64,000 nt of DNA from Escherichia virus TH57, in sequence record MT446422.1; one strand, written 5' to 3'. The notes under the pieces are model-generated. The model saw nothing but the letters and a program-made list of their open reading frames with translations, did no database searches and was not told the DNA's origin. The translations under genes were made by a program, and so were the position numbers. Positions 19,010 to 26,868 of the stretch are shown piece by piece (within the stretch, counting starts at the first letter, position 1; every line of letters begins with the position of its first letter).

Positions 19010-20188
19010 ATGTCTATTGCAGATTTGAAATCCCGTTTGATTAAAGCTTCTACATCCAAAATGACTGCGACTCTTACTAAGTCCAAGTTTTTTAATGATA
19101 AAGATGTAGTTCGTACAAAAATCCCGATGCTGAACATTGCAATCAGCGGTGCACTAGATGGTGGTATGCAGTCAGGTTTGACTATTTTTGCTGGTCCGTC
19201 AAAACACTTTAAATCCAATATGGGTTTAACGATGGTCTCTGCATATATGAACAAATACCCCGAAGCAATCTGTTTGTTCTATGATTCAGAATTTGGTATC
19301 ACAGAAGCCTATCTGCGTGCAATGAAAGTAGACCCGGAGCGTGTTATCCACACACCAATCCAGTCGGTTGAACAATTGAAAGTTGATATGGTTAACCAGC
19401 TTGAAGCAATTGAGCGTGGTGAAAAAGTCATTATCTTTATTGACTCAATCGGTAACATGGCGTCAAAAAAAGAAACAGAAGATGCGATGAACGAAAAAGT
19501 CGTTGGCGATATGACTCGTGCTAAATCCCTGAAATCTCTGTTCCGTATTGTTACCCCATATTTTAGTATCAAGGATATTCCTTGTGTCGCGGTTAACCAT
19601 ACAATCGAGACGATTGAGATGTATAGCAAAACCGTTATGACCGGTGGTACAGGTGTTATGTATTCTGCGGACACCGTATTCATTATCGGCAAACGCCAGA
19701 TTAAAGAAACTGGTAAAGAACTTGAAGGTTTCCAATTTGTTCTGAATGCCGAAAAATCTCGTATGGTCAAAGAGAAAAGTAAATTCTTCATTGATGTAAA
19801 ATTCGATGGTGGTATTGACCCGTATTCTGGCCTGCTTGATATGGCAATGGAAATCGGATTTGTAGTGAAACCGAAAGTTGGTTGGTATAACCGTGAATAT
19901 CTTGATGTTGAGACCGGTGAAATGGTCCGCGAAGAAAAATCATGGCGTGCAAAAGATACTAACTGTACTGAATTCTGGGGCCCGTTGTTTAAGCACGAAC
20001 CTTTCCGTGACGCAATCAAACGCCATTACCAACTGGGTGCAATCGATAGCAATGCTGTTGTTGATGCCGAAGTTGATGCGCTTATTGCCTCCAAGGTTGA
20101 AAAATACTCTGCCCCTGAAGGTAAGGCAAAACCATCTGCGGCAGATATCGAAAACGATTTAGATATGATGGAAGACCTTGATGAATGA
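19010..20188 (+). CDS. uvsX: RecA-like recombinase UvsX
   Basis: 392 aa; Walker A GPSKHFKS; matches recalled T4 UvsX. Confidence 0.95.
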   Translation: MSIADLKSRLIKASTSKMTATLTKSKFFNDKDVVRTKIPMLNIAISGALDGGMQSGLTIFAGPSKHFKSNMGLTMVSAYMNKYPEAICLFYDSEFGITEAYLRAMKVDPERVIHTPIQSVEQLKVDMVNQLEAIERGEKVIIFIDSIGNMASKKETEDAMNEKVVGDMTRAKSLKSLFRIVTPYFSIKDIPCVAVNHTIETIEMYSKTVMTGGTGVMYSADTVFIIGKRQIKETGKELEGFQFVLNAEKSRMVKEKSKFFIDVKFDGGIDPYSGLLDMAMEIGFVVKPKVGWYNREYLDVETGEMVREEKSWRAKDTNCTEFWGPLFKHEPFRDAIKRHYQLGAIDSNAVVDAEVDALIASKVEKYSAPEGKAKPSAADIENDLDMMEDLDE

Positions 20189-20522
20189 TATCGATTTATC
20201 TGATTTAGATAATTTCGAGAAAGATGCGGAGGGAGCTAAGGCTCCTTCTGTGCCTTACTACGAAAAAAGTTTGGAGATTATCCGGCAATCCATGGGAACC
20301 GTACGACAGGAAATTCTGTTATCACTCCCTGATGGGTCCAATCACATTGTGTACGTAACCGGAATTAAAATTGAACCATCTGGAAAAGTTTCCGTTGATT
20401 TCGGCACCCCTTCTGAAGACCGCAAAGCGGAGCTTGCAGTGCATGTAGAAAAGTGTGTTACAATGCAAATACAAGATGAAATTGATAAGATTAAAATGAA
20501 AAAGAGGTGGTGGAAGTGGTAG
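20178..20522 (+). CDS. 40: gp40-like protein (head vertex assembly chaperone position)
   Basis: 114 aa ORF between uvsX and 41; assignment by position and size. Confidence 0.45.
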   Translation: MMNDIDLSDLDNFEKDAEGAKAPSVPYYEKSLEIIRQSMGTVRQEILLSLPDGSNHIVYVTGIKIEPSGKVSVDFGTPSEDRKAELAVHVEKCVTMQIQDEIDKIKMKKRWWKW

Positions 20523-21946
20523 AAACTATTTTATCCCAGCTACTCTTTAACAAGGAATATTTTGTTAAAGTCTGGCCATATCTTAATAACACATATTTTG
20601 AAAAGGGTCCAGCAAAGACCCTTTTTAATACGATTAACGAACACGTAAAAGAATATCAAGCGGTACCAACTAAGACTGCACTTGATATCGCGCTCGACAG
20701 TTCTGACCTTTCTGAAGTCGAATATGAAGGCACAAAGAAACTCTTAGGAGTCCTGGCCGATACTCCAGAAGACCAGGAATGGTTGGTCAAAGAAACCGAG
20801 AAGTATGTACAGAAGTCTGCGATGTTCAATGCCACATCCAGGATTATCGAAATCCAGAGTAATGCCGAACTTCCAAAAGATAAACGTGATAAACGAATCC
20901 CAGATATTGGGGCTATCCCTGACATCATGCGCGATGCATTGTCCATCTGTTTTGACTCTGCTCTGGGGCATGACTGGTTAAACGATTACGAAGCTCGATT
21001 CCAGACTTATCTGAACAAATCGAAGAAGGTTCCGTTCCGTATTAACATCCTGAATAAAATCACGAAGGGTGGAGTTGAGTACGGCACAGAGAACGTTTTA
21101 CTGGCCGGGACAAACGTCGGCAAATCCCTTGGACTTTGTTCGTTAGCGGCTGACTATCTTCAGACTGGTCATAACGTGCTTTATATAAGCATGGAAATGG
21201 CTGAAGAAGTATGTGCCAAACGTATTGATGCCAACTTGTTGGATGTATCTCTGGATGATATTGATGAAGGTCATGTGTCATGGGCAGAATACAAAAGTAA
21301 GATGGAAAAATGGCGTGCTTCCGGGACTCTCGGGACTCTGAAGATAAAACAATATCCAACTGGGGGCGCGCATGCGGATACCTTCCGTGCATTACTGAAC
21401 GAGTACAAACTGAAGCAAGGATTTGTACCGGATGTGATTATTGTTGACTACCTGGCAATCTGCGCAAGCTCAAGACTGAAAACGTTTACCGAAAACAGTT
21501 ACGGCCTGATTAAGATGGTTGCAGAAGAACTTCGTGGTCTGGCGGTCGAGAAAAATGTGGTCCTGTGGACTGCAGCACAGACAACCAGGGGCGCAAACGT
21601 TGCAGCTGAGATTGACATGGCTGACATCGCAGAATCCTTTGGTATTGCTCACACGGCTGACTTTATGTTGGGTGTTGTTGAGACCGAAGAATTCGCTCAA
21701 ATGGGACTGCAGTTAATCAAACAGCTTAAGTCTCGTTATGGCGATAAGAACTACTATAATAAATTCAAGATGGGTGTTAAGAAAGGTAATCAACGCTGGT
21801 ATGAGGTTGATGATGATTCAGCTCCTAAACAAGGCCCTACGGTGAAAGAAGCCACTGGTGAGATGAATCGTCAGGCTGAAATGAATAGACAAACCAGGGT
21901 CAACAGGAGCGACCTGGATGACCTTGCCGCTCAAATGAAATTTTAA
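20507..21946 (+). CDS. 41: replicative DNA helicase gp41 (DnaB-like)
   Basis: 479 aa; Walker A GTNVGKS; hexameric-helicase motifs. Confidence 0.95.
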   Translation: MVEVVETILSQLLFNKEYFVKVWPYLNNTYFEKGPAKTLFNTINEHVKEYQAVPTKTALDIALDSSDLSEVEYEGTKKLLGVLADTPEDQEWLVKETEKYVQKSAMFNATSRIIEIQSNAELPKDKRDKRIPDIGAIPDIMRDALSICFDSALGHDWLNDYEARFQTYLNKSKKVPFRINILNKITKGGVEYGTENVLLAGTNVGKSLGLCSLAADYLQTGHNVLYISMEMAEEVCAKRIDANLLDVSLDDIDEGHVSWAEYKSKMEKWRASGTLGTLKIKQYPTGGAHADTFRALLNEYKLKQGFVPDVIIVDYLAICASSRLKTFTENSYGLIKMVAEELRGLAVEKNVVLWTAAQTTRGANVAAEIDMADIAESFGIAHTADFMLGVVETEEFAQMGLQLIKQLKSRYGDKNYYNKFKMGVKKGNQRWYEVDDDSAPKQGPTVKEATGEMNRQAEMNRQTRVNRSDLDDLAAQMKF

Positions 21947-21958
21947 AATATTTTAAAA

Positions 21959-21978
21959 GGGGCTTACAGCCCCTTTTT
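21959..21978 (+). terminator. rho-independent terminator after gene 41
   Basis: GGGGC ttaca GCCCC followed by TTTTT. Confidence 0.55.
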
Positions 21979-21980
21979 CT

Positions 21981-21991
21981 TATGTTATAAT
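21981..21991 (+). promoter_or_regulatory. -10 element (TATAAT) with conserved leader upstream of ORF 22018
   Basis: TTATAATGACCCTATCAACTACTGGAGAATAAAATG, same leader family as the other cassettes. Confidence 0.4.
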
Positions 21992-22017
21992 GACCCTATC
22001 AACTACTGGAGAATAAA

Positions 22018-22335
22018 ATGAAAACTATTGATTGCAAAGCGGAATACAAAGTTTATTATCATGGCTCAAGCTCTAATGCTGGAATCCAAAATATGCTTTG
22101 CCCTCCTGATGCAACTGGTGTTCTGTCAGAAGTTGGGCGCAAGAAAAATTTAGGGCGTGTGTTTTTTACTGAAGATATTGGTTTGGCCCGTATCTATGCA
22201 GGAAGAGCAGCTCGCTCGTATGGAGGAGAACCCCGTCTTTATCGTGTGATTGCACCTGTTGACGTGGTTTGTTTAAATGATACTAAAGGTGCTACAGTTT
22301 ATCACGCTGACTGGGCCTTCTGTGAGGAAATCTAA
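22018..22335 (+). CDS. hypothetical protein (105 aa) with possible ADP-ribosyltransferase-like signature
   Basis: YHGSSS ... GRVFFTEDIGLARIYA ... CEE pattern is reminiscent of H-Y-E type ART cores; speculative. Confidence 0.45.
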   Translation: MKTIDCKAEYKVYYHGSSSNAGIQNMLCPPDATGVLSEVGRKKNLGRVFFTEDIGLARIYAGRAARSYGGEPRLYRVIAPVDVVCLNDTKGATVYHADWAFCEEI

Positions 22336-22338
22336 ATG
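22323..22338 (+). repeat. 16-nt junction repeat TGAGGAAATCTAAATG (second copy at 22536-22551)
   Basis: Identical 16-mer forms C-terminus (..EEI), stop, RBS and start at two consecutive gene boundaries. Confidence 0.7.
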
Positions 22339-22548
22339 TATAAATTAGAGAACGTAGTGTTTATTGGTTGGTTTGAAAATGGTAATATGTTTACCAAAGA
22401 AACTGCACTAGATGTTAGCGACCAAAATATGATTGAATGGGTCACAGTGCAGTATGCAGAAGTGAATAATGCGCTGGTGAAAGCCTTTGTTAATGACAAT
22501 AAAGTTTTTGAATATGATTATCGTATCCACTTATCTGAGGAAATCTAA
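22336..22548 (+). CDS. hypothetical protein (70 aa), paralog of 22549-22890
   Basis: Shares NALVKAFVNDNK motif with neighbour (NALVEAFVDDK); identical TGAGGAAATCTAAATG junction at both starts. Confidence 0.4.
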   Translation: MYKLENVVFIGWFENGNMFTKETALDVSDQNMIEWVTVQYAEVNNALVKAFVNDNKVFEYDYRIHLSEEI

Positions 22549-22890
22549 ATGGCTTTTAATCCAGAAGACCGCGTAAAAGTAACAATCAAAGTGAGTGCTG
22601 TTGGTGTACCATCTTTTGAACGTTCTAGCATGTTCCACCCAGCAGGTATTCACTGGTATGTCCAGAAGACTGCTGATAACTATAATGCACTGGTTGAAGC
22701 TTTTGTTGATGACAAGCTAATTCATAAAGTAGACATGCGTAAGGGTACTGCATTGCGTAATCTGATTTTGACCGTTGAAGCTCAACTGGTAAATGAAGAA
22801 ATCTGCCTTACTGATATTGAAGCAGCTCTTCATATTGCGCGTGCTGAATATTACAACTTGACTGGTTTTTCAGTTGAAGGCGAAAAATAA
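22549..22890 (+). CDS. hypothetical protein (113 aa)
   Basis: ORF; paralogous segment to 22336-22548. Confidence 0.45.
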   Translation: MAFNPEDRVKVTIKVSAVGVPSFERSSMFHPAGIHWYVQKTADNYNALVEAFVDDKLIHKVDMRKGTALRNLILTVEAQLVNEEICLTDIEAALHIARAEYYNLTGFSVEGEK

Positions 22891-22920
22891 GTGTACAACA
22901 AAGGGATAATGCTGTATATT
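22891..22920 (+). promoter_or_regulatory. early-type promoter cassette (GTGTACA, 18 nt, TATATT) with stem-loop
   Basis: AGGGATA..TATCCCT inverted repeat brackets the -10; leader CTATCAACTACTGAGGAGA then ATG 22949. Confidence 0.5.
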
Positions 22921-22948
22921 ATCCCTATCAACTACTGAGGAGATTGAA

Positions 22949-23242
22949 ATGAAAAAGTTATTAATTGCAGCAATTCTTACCGTAGCATCATGTGGTACAG
23001 CTCCAGTTACTGCTGGGCTTGATAAAGACCTTTGTGAGTGGTCTATGACCGCTGACCAGACTGATGTTGAACATCAGATTTATGCTGATATCATGAACAT
23101 AACTAAACGTGACCGTCCTGATATGGTTAAAGAAGTGTCTGACCAACTGGCTTCTGGTGACGTTATGCAGTATAACTATGTTCTGTATTGCGATGCTTCA
23201 TTCGACAACAGCAAAATTGTTCAATGGGTTACAGGTGAATAA
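22949..23242 (+). CDS. secreted/periplasmic small protein (97 aa), spackle-like candidate
   Basis: Cleavable signal peptide (MKKLLIAAILTVASCG), two Cys; size and topology match my recollection of T4 Sp; tentative. Confidence 0.45.
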   Translation: MKKLLIAAILTVASCGTAPVTAGLDKDLCEWSMTADQTDVEHQIYADIMNITKRDRPDMVKEVSDQLASGDVMQYNYVLYCDASFDNSKIVQWVTGE

Positions 23243-23243
23243 A

Positions 23244-23681
23244 ATGATTAACAGAAATTTGGTTATCAAAAAACTTCGCTGTAAAAATCCAAATGCGCAA
23301 GCATACAGAGTGTTTTGGAGCGACGAGATTCAATATCTGGGTTATTTTCTTGTTGACAGTGATAATAGAATTACGTTTGCTCATAAGCTTCTTAACAAAG
23401 AATTAAACCATTGGCAAGAACTTATTGCAGTCAAGTCTAAATTATTTTCATGCAATGCAATGCACCAATTGGTTTATTTTTTCGCTGATGGTATTCCTGA
23501 CAAGGTTGAGTTTGAAGGGTTTGAATTTAAAGACATCAATCCAGACAATGAATTGAATAATGATGTTGTTAATATGGGTATCCCTGGTAAGTACATCAAA
23601 AACAGTCTTTTGAAAATTCTGGAAAATCCTGTTTATTCAGTTGACGACCAAATTTTTAATGCCTTTATGAAGCGAGATTAA
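23244..23681 (+). CDS. hypothetical protein (145 aa)
   Basis: Start at ATG 23244 just after upstream stop; C-terminus DDQIFNAFMKRD shared with next ORF. Confidence 0.45.
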   Translation: MINRNLVIKKLRCKNPNAQAYRVFWSDEIQYLGYFLVDSDNRITFAHKLLNKELNHWQELIAVKSKLFSCNAMHQLVYFFADGIPDKVEFEGFEFKDINPDNELNNDVVNMGIPGKYIKNSLLKILENPVYSVDDQIFNAFMKRD

Positions 23682-23685
23682 TATG
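23643..23685 (+). repeat. 43-nt gene-end/gene-start junction repeat (second copy at 24001-24043)
   Basis: 39 of 43 nt identical; both encode DDQIFNAFMKR(D/G), stop, TAATATG start. Confidence 0.7.
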
Positions 23686-24039
23686 AGTTATTATAATTTT
23701 CTGAATTTTGAACTGGCCAGCAATAATGATGGTAATGCTCGTTATGAATTTCGTGAGCCTCGGTTTAATCAGGCGATTGGTTATATTATCGTTAAAGATG
23801 ATGTTATCATAAAGGCTCGCTCATTTATGGTAATGGATGGACCTTATGAAGATACTCGTGGATACCCATTTGATAAAAAGAATGTGCGCGATTGCGCAAT
23901 CTGGATAACTGGGAACCCTGAAATTGGGGTCATGATATCTACTGAAGCGAATGACATTCTGGAAGGGGTAGCCAAAGCTCAAGAACCGCCTACTGATATT
24001 GATGACCAGATTTTTAATGCCTTCATGAAGCGAGGTTAA
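23683..24039 (+). CDS. hypothetical protein (118 aa)
   Basis: C-terminus DDQIFNAFMKRG; 3' 43 nt nearly identical to the end of the preceding gene. Confidence 0.45.
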   Translation: MSYYNFLNFELASNNDGNARYEFREPRFNQAIGYIIVKDDVIIKARSFMVMDGPYEDTRGYPFDKKNVRDCAIWITGNPEIGVMISTEANDILEGVAKAQEPPTDIDDQIFNAFMKRG

Positions 24040-24040
24040 T

Positions 24041-24262
24041 ATGTTTGTTTTGACCCAATTCTCTAAAGCAATATATAGTTACTCTTGCCAGTGGGAAGTC
24101 TTTATTGATACTCCTTCGCCTAAGTATGGTGTTTTTGGACGAGTAACTACTCAAGCTTATGTTGCACGACCGACTAAACGTCAGATTCGTAAACTTAAAA
24201 AGGCACATCGTCAATTGATTAAAAGAAGGGAACAATATGAGTGCAATGTGTACGGGCTCTAA
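24041..24262 (+). CDS. small basic protein (73 aa), paralog of ORF 433-609
   Basis: Motif ARPTKRQIRKLKKAHRQ shared with ORF 433-609. Confidence 0.4.
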   Translation: MFVLTQFSKAIYSYSCQWEVFIDTPSPKYGVFGRVTTQAYVARPTKRQIRKLKKAHRQLIKRREQYECNVYGL

Positions 24263-24428
24263 GATTTCGGTCTTCCAGATTTTTGAAGAATATGAAATCG
24301 TGTCGCAAGACCAAGAAGCAATCCATGTTATCGCTGATGATGGTGTTACCTGGATTATTCCGTTGTATCATGAAGACACTTATGAAGTGACTGATGCAAA
24401 TGGTGATAAAGCTATCTTCGTTGTATAA
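24237..24428 (+). CDS. hypothetical protein (63 aa)
   Basis: ORF overlapping the preceding gene by 26 nt. Confidence 0.3.
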   Translation: MSAMCTGSKISVFQIFEEYEIVSQDQEAIHVIADDGVTWIIPLYHEDTYEVTDANGDKAIFVV

Positions 24429-24431
24429 ATA
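24424..24431 (+). promoter_or_regulatory. late promoter TATAAATA
   Basis: Exact TATAAATA 17 nt upstream of ATG 24448. Confidence 0.55.
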
Positions 24432-24447
24432 GCGGAAAGGGGGTGTT

Positions 24448-24615
24448 ATGAAAACATTCAAAGATTTTATAAACGAAGATATGGTTGCCGGTGATGCAGG
24501 TGGAAACCCAACTAATATCGCAACAGGTACCACTTCCGGGGCAGTTGTCAATAAAGGCCCTGAACAAATCCCATCAAAAAAGCGTAAGAACAAAGACGAT
24601 AAACCTACAGTATAA
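24448..24615 (+). CDS. candidate capsid-targeted internal protein (55 aa precursor)
   Basis: N-terminus MKTFKDFINE resembles the recalled T4 internal-protein capsid targeting sequence MKTYQEFIAE, with an I-x-E cleavage context; TATAAATA 17 nt upstream; AAAGGGGG RBS. Confidence 0.5.
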   Translation: MKTFKDFINEDMVAGDAGGNPTNIATGTTSGAVVNKGPEQIPSKKRKNKDDKPTV

Positions 24616-24632
24616 TGGTCCCCCGGGACCAT
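24615..24632 (+). promoter_or_regulatory. palindromic hairpin upstream of gene 61 RBS
   Basis: ATGGTCCC cc GGGACCAT perfect palindrome. Confidence 0.35.
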
Positions 24633-24647
24633 TGAAATGAGGAAACT

Positions 24648-25676
24648 ATGTCATATATTGATAAAGAATTTGCGGTCAGAGCTTTATCGTATCAACCACG
24701 TTATAGAGAAGTCACCGGGAGCACATTTAAAGCAAACTGTCGTTGTAAGGTTTGCGGGGACTCCCAGAAAGATTCACATAAGGCTCGATTCTGGGCGTAT
24801 ACCAATCCGTCTGATGGTGCGGTTTACGTGAAATGTTTTAACTGTGACTACTCCACGCATATAAGCAAATACATAAAAGAGTTTGAGCCGGATTTGCACC
24901 GGGAATATATGGTTGAGAAGTACAAGGAAAATGCCTTCGGTCGACAACGTAATGAAGTTGCAGAAACTCCGAAAGAACCAGAAAAAACTCCGGTTATTGA
25001 AGAGCTTGCTTTTTGCGAAAGAATCGATACTTTACCAGAAGCACATCCGATAGTTAAGTATGTGAAAAGTCGGTGTATTCCGAGCAATGTTTGGAACCGG
25101 TTATGGTTTACAAACAAATGGCCTGCATTAGTTAACTCCGTTAATCCTGGGACGTATAAGAATGAAACGAATGAACCACGCTTGGTTATTCCTATCTTCA
25201 ACGGCAAAAAAGAAATCGAATCTTTCCAAGGACGAGCTCTTCGCAAAGATGCACCACAAAAATATATCACAATCAAAGCTCACCCAGAAGCTTCCAAAGT
25301 CTATGGCGTAGACAAGATTGATGAGCGCAAGCGCGTGTGGGTAATGGAAGGTCCGATTGATAGTTTGTTTATCCCTAACAGCATTGCGATAACCGGTGGA
25401 ACATTAGCATTGGAAGCCGTTCCTTATGCTGAAACCCGAGTATGGGTAATGGACAACGAGCCAAGACATCCGGATACGATTAAACGTATGAAGAAACTCG
25501 TTGAAGCTGGCGAAGCTGTTATGTTCTGGGACAATGCACCATGGCATACGAAAGACATAAATGAGATGGTTAAATCGGAGGGTGCAACCCCTGAACAAAT
25601 CGAATCATATATGGCCGATAACGTTGCTCAAGGGCTGATGGCGAGAATGCGACTTTCGAAGTACGCAAAAGTTTAG
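24648..25676 (+). CDS. 61: DNA primase gp61
   Basis: 342 aa; N-terminal zinc ribbon (CRCKVCGDS ... CFNC); canonical position after 41. Confidence 0.92.
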   Translation: MSYIDKEFAVRALSYQPRYREVTGSTFKANCRCKVCGDSQKDSHKARFWAYTNPSDGAVYVKCFNCDYSTHISKYIKEFEPDLHREYMVEKYKENAFGRQRNEVAETPKEPEKTPVIEELAFCERIDTLPEAHPIVKYVKSRCIPSNVWNRLWFTNKWPALVNSVNPGTYKNETNEPRLVIPIFNGKKEIESFQGRALRKDAPQKYITIKAHPEASKVYGVDKIDERKRVWVMEGPIDSLFIPNSIAITGGTLALEAVPYAETRVWVMDNEPRHPDTIKRMKKLVEAGEAVMFWDNAPWHTKDINEMVKSEGATPEQIESYMADNVAQGLMARMRLSKYAKV

Positions 25677-25784
25677 GAAGGGATTCCGGTAAAGTAACCG
25701 ATGATGGAATGGATATGTTCCATTGTGACCTGAGGTAAGTGTACCCCTTGTGATGCAGCGATAGGCATAACCAGTAAGTTCTAC

Positions 25785-25982
25785 CTATATAAGGCCGATT
25801 AATGCCAGTGAAACATCTACAACTGATTCGAGTGCGATGACTGGCAATATAACGCCATGTGCCAATGCAACAGGGGCAACAATGAAATTCCAGAGTAGAA
25901 CTAAACAGAGTATCGAAAGGACTAGAATCGTTCGCTTACGACTGCCTTTGATGGCTTGAATTAGACTAGATAGTTTTAGCAT
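25785..25982 (-). CDS. small membrane protein (65 aa) on the late strand
   Basis: Only minus-strand ORF inside the early block; AAGGAGGA RBS upstream of ATG 25982 (alternative TTG start at 26012); two hydrophobic helices. Confidence 0.4.
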   Translation of the reverse strand: MLKLSSLIQAIKGSRKRTILVLSILCLVLLWNFIVAPVALAHGVILPVIALESVVDVSLALIGLI

Positions 25983-26066
25983 ATATCCTCCTTTCTTGTA
26001 TTTATGCTTCAAACCAATATGATATAATTAACATACAAACAACATGAATTGATAAGGAAAAATATA

Positions 26067-26585
26067 ATGGCTCATTTTAATGAATGTTCACAACTGATTG
26101 CTGGTGTTGACAAAGCTGAAGAAGCTTATGACAATGCAATTATCGAAGGCACTGACCCGCTGCAGATTATGCTTGATATGCAGAAATCATTGCAGGTCCG
26201 TTTGGCTACTGAAAAACCAGAATACAACTCACATCCAGACGAATTGGCTACCGCCGGCGATGTTGTTGCATGGCTTCGTAACCAGAAAGATTATGTTGAT
26301 GATGAATTCCGTGAACTTCTAACTTCTCTCGGTGGTATGTCTAATGGCGAGAAAGCTGCATCTAGTGTATGGAAGCCTTGGAAAGCCCAACATGCTGAAT
26401 TCCGTAATCGTCGTATTGATGAGTTGTCTCCTGAAGACCAGCTCGAAATTAAATTTGAGATGATTGACATCCTGCACTTTGTTCTGAACATGTTCCATGG
26501 TCTTGGCCTGTCGGCAGAAGAAATCTTTAAATTGTATTACCTGAAAAATGCTGAAAACTTTGCTCGTCAAGACCGAGGTTATTAA
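26067..26585 (+). CDS. 56: gp56-like dCTP/dUTP pyrophosphatase (MazG-like all-alpha NTP pyrophosphatase)
   Basis: 172 aa from ATG 26067; acidic metal-binding helices (DDEFRELL, EIKFEMIDILHF); position between 61 and soc as in T4. Confidence 0.6.
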   Translation: MAHFNECSQLIAGVDKAEEAYDNAIIEGTDPLQIMLDMQKSLQVRLATEKPEYNSHPDELATAGDVVAWLRNQKDYVDDEFRELLTSLGGMSNGEKAASSVWKPWKAQHAEFRNRRIDELSPEDQLEIKFEMIDILHFVLNMFHGLGLSAEEIFKLYYLKNAENFARQDRGY

Positions 26586-26866
26586 TGGCTCGTTTAAATA
26601 AACGACAGCTTAAGAAAGCTCGTAAGAAGCATATTAATGATATAATTGAAAACGCTAATGTTGAAATCTTTGTAGAACTTTTAGCCAATCAACTAAAAAA
26701 TTTATCTAAACAAGAAATTGCTATGAATACTGAAAATGCTAAAAATGTAATCGAAACTCATAATGTTTTTGCCCAAGCTACTGCTGAATACATTGCTAAT
26801 CCTACTGCTGAAAATCTAGCTAAAATGACCGAAGCCAATAAAGCAGTCCAAGCCGCCAAATTGTAA
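26585..26866 (+). CDS. hypothetical protein (93 aa)
   Basis: ORF; basic N-terminus, helical. Confidence 0.45.
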   Translation: MARLNKRQLKKARKKHINDIIENANVEIFVELLANQLKNLSKQEIAMNTENAKNVIETHNVFAQATAEYIANPTAENLAKMTEANKAVQAAKL

Positions 26867-26868
26867 GT

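Noticed and set aside
23109-23243. Longer form of ORF 23244-23681 overlapping the secreted-protein gene
   Set aside because: The extension overlaps the preceding gene in another frame; ATG 23244 directly follows the upstream stop
26001-26009. CATAAATA as a late promoter for the minus-strand ORF 25785-25982
   Set aside because: Only 7 of 8 match to TATAAATA, and it lies only about 10 nt upstream of the favoured ATG 25982 and inside the alternative TTG-initiated frame, so position is wrong for a promoter; kept only as a remark
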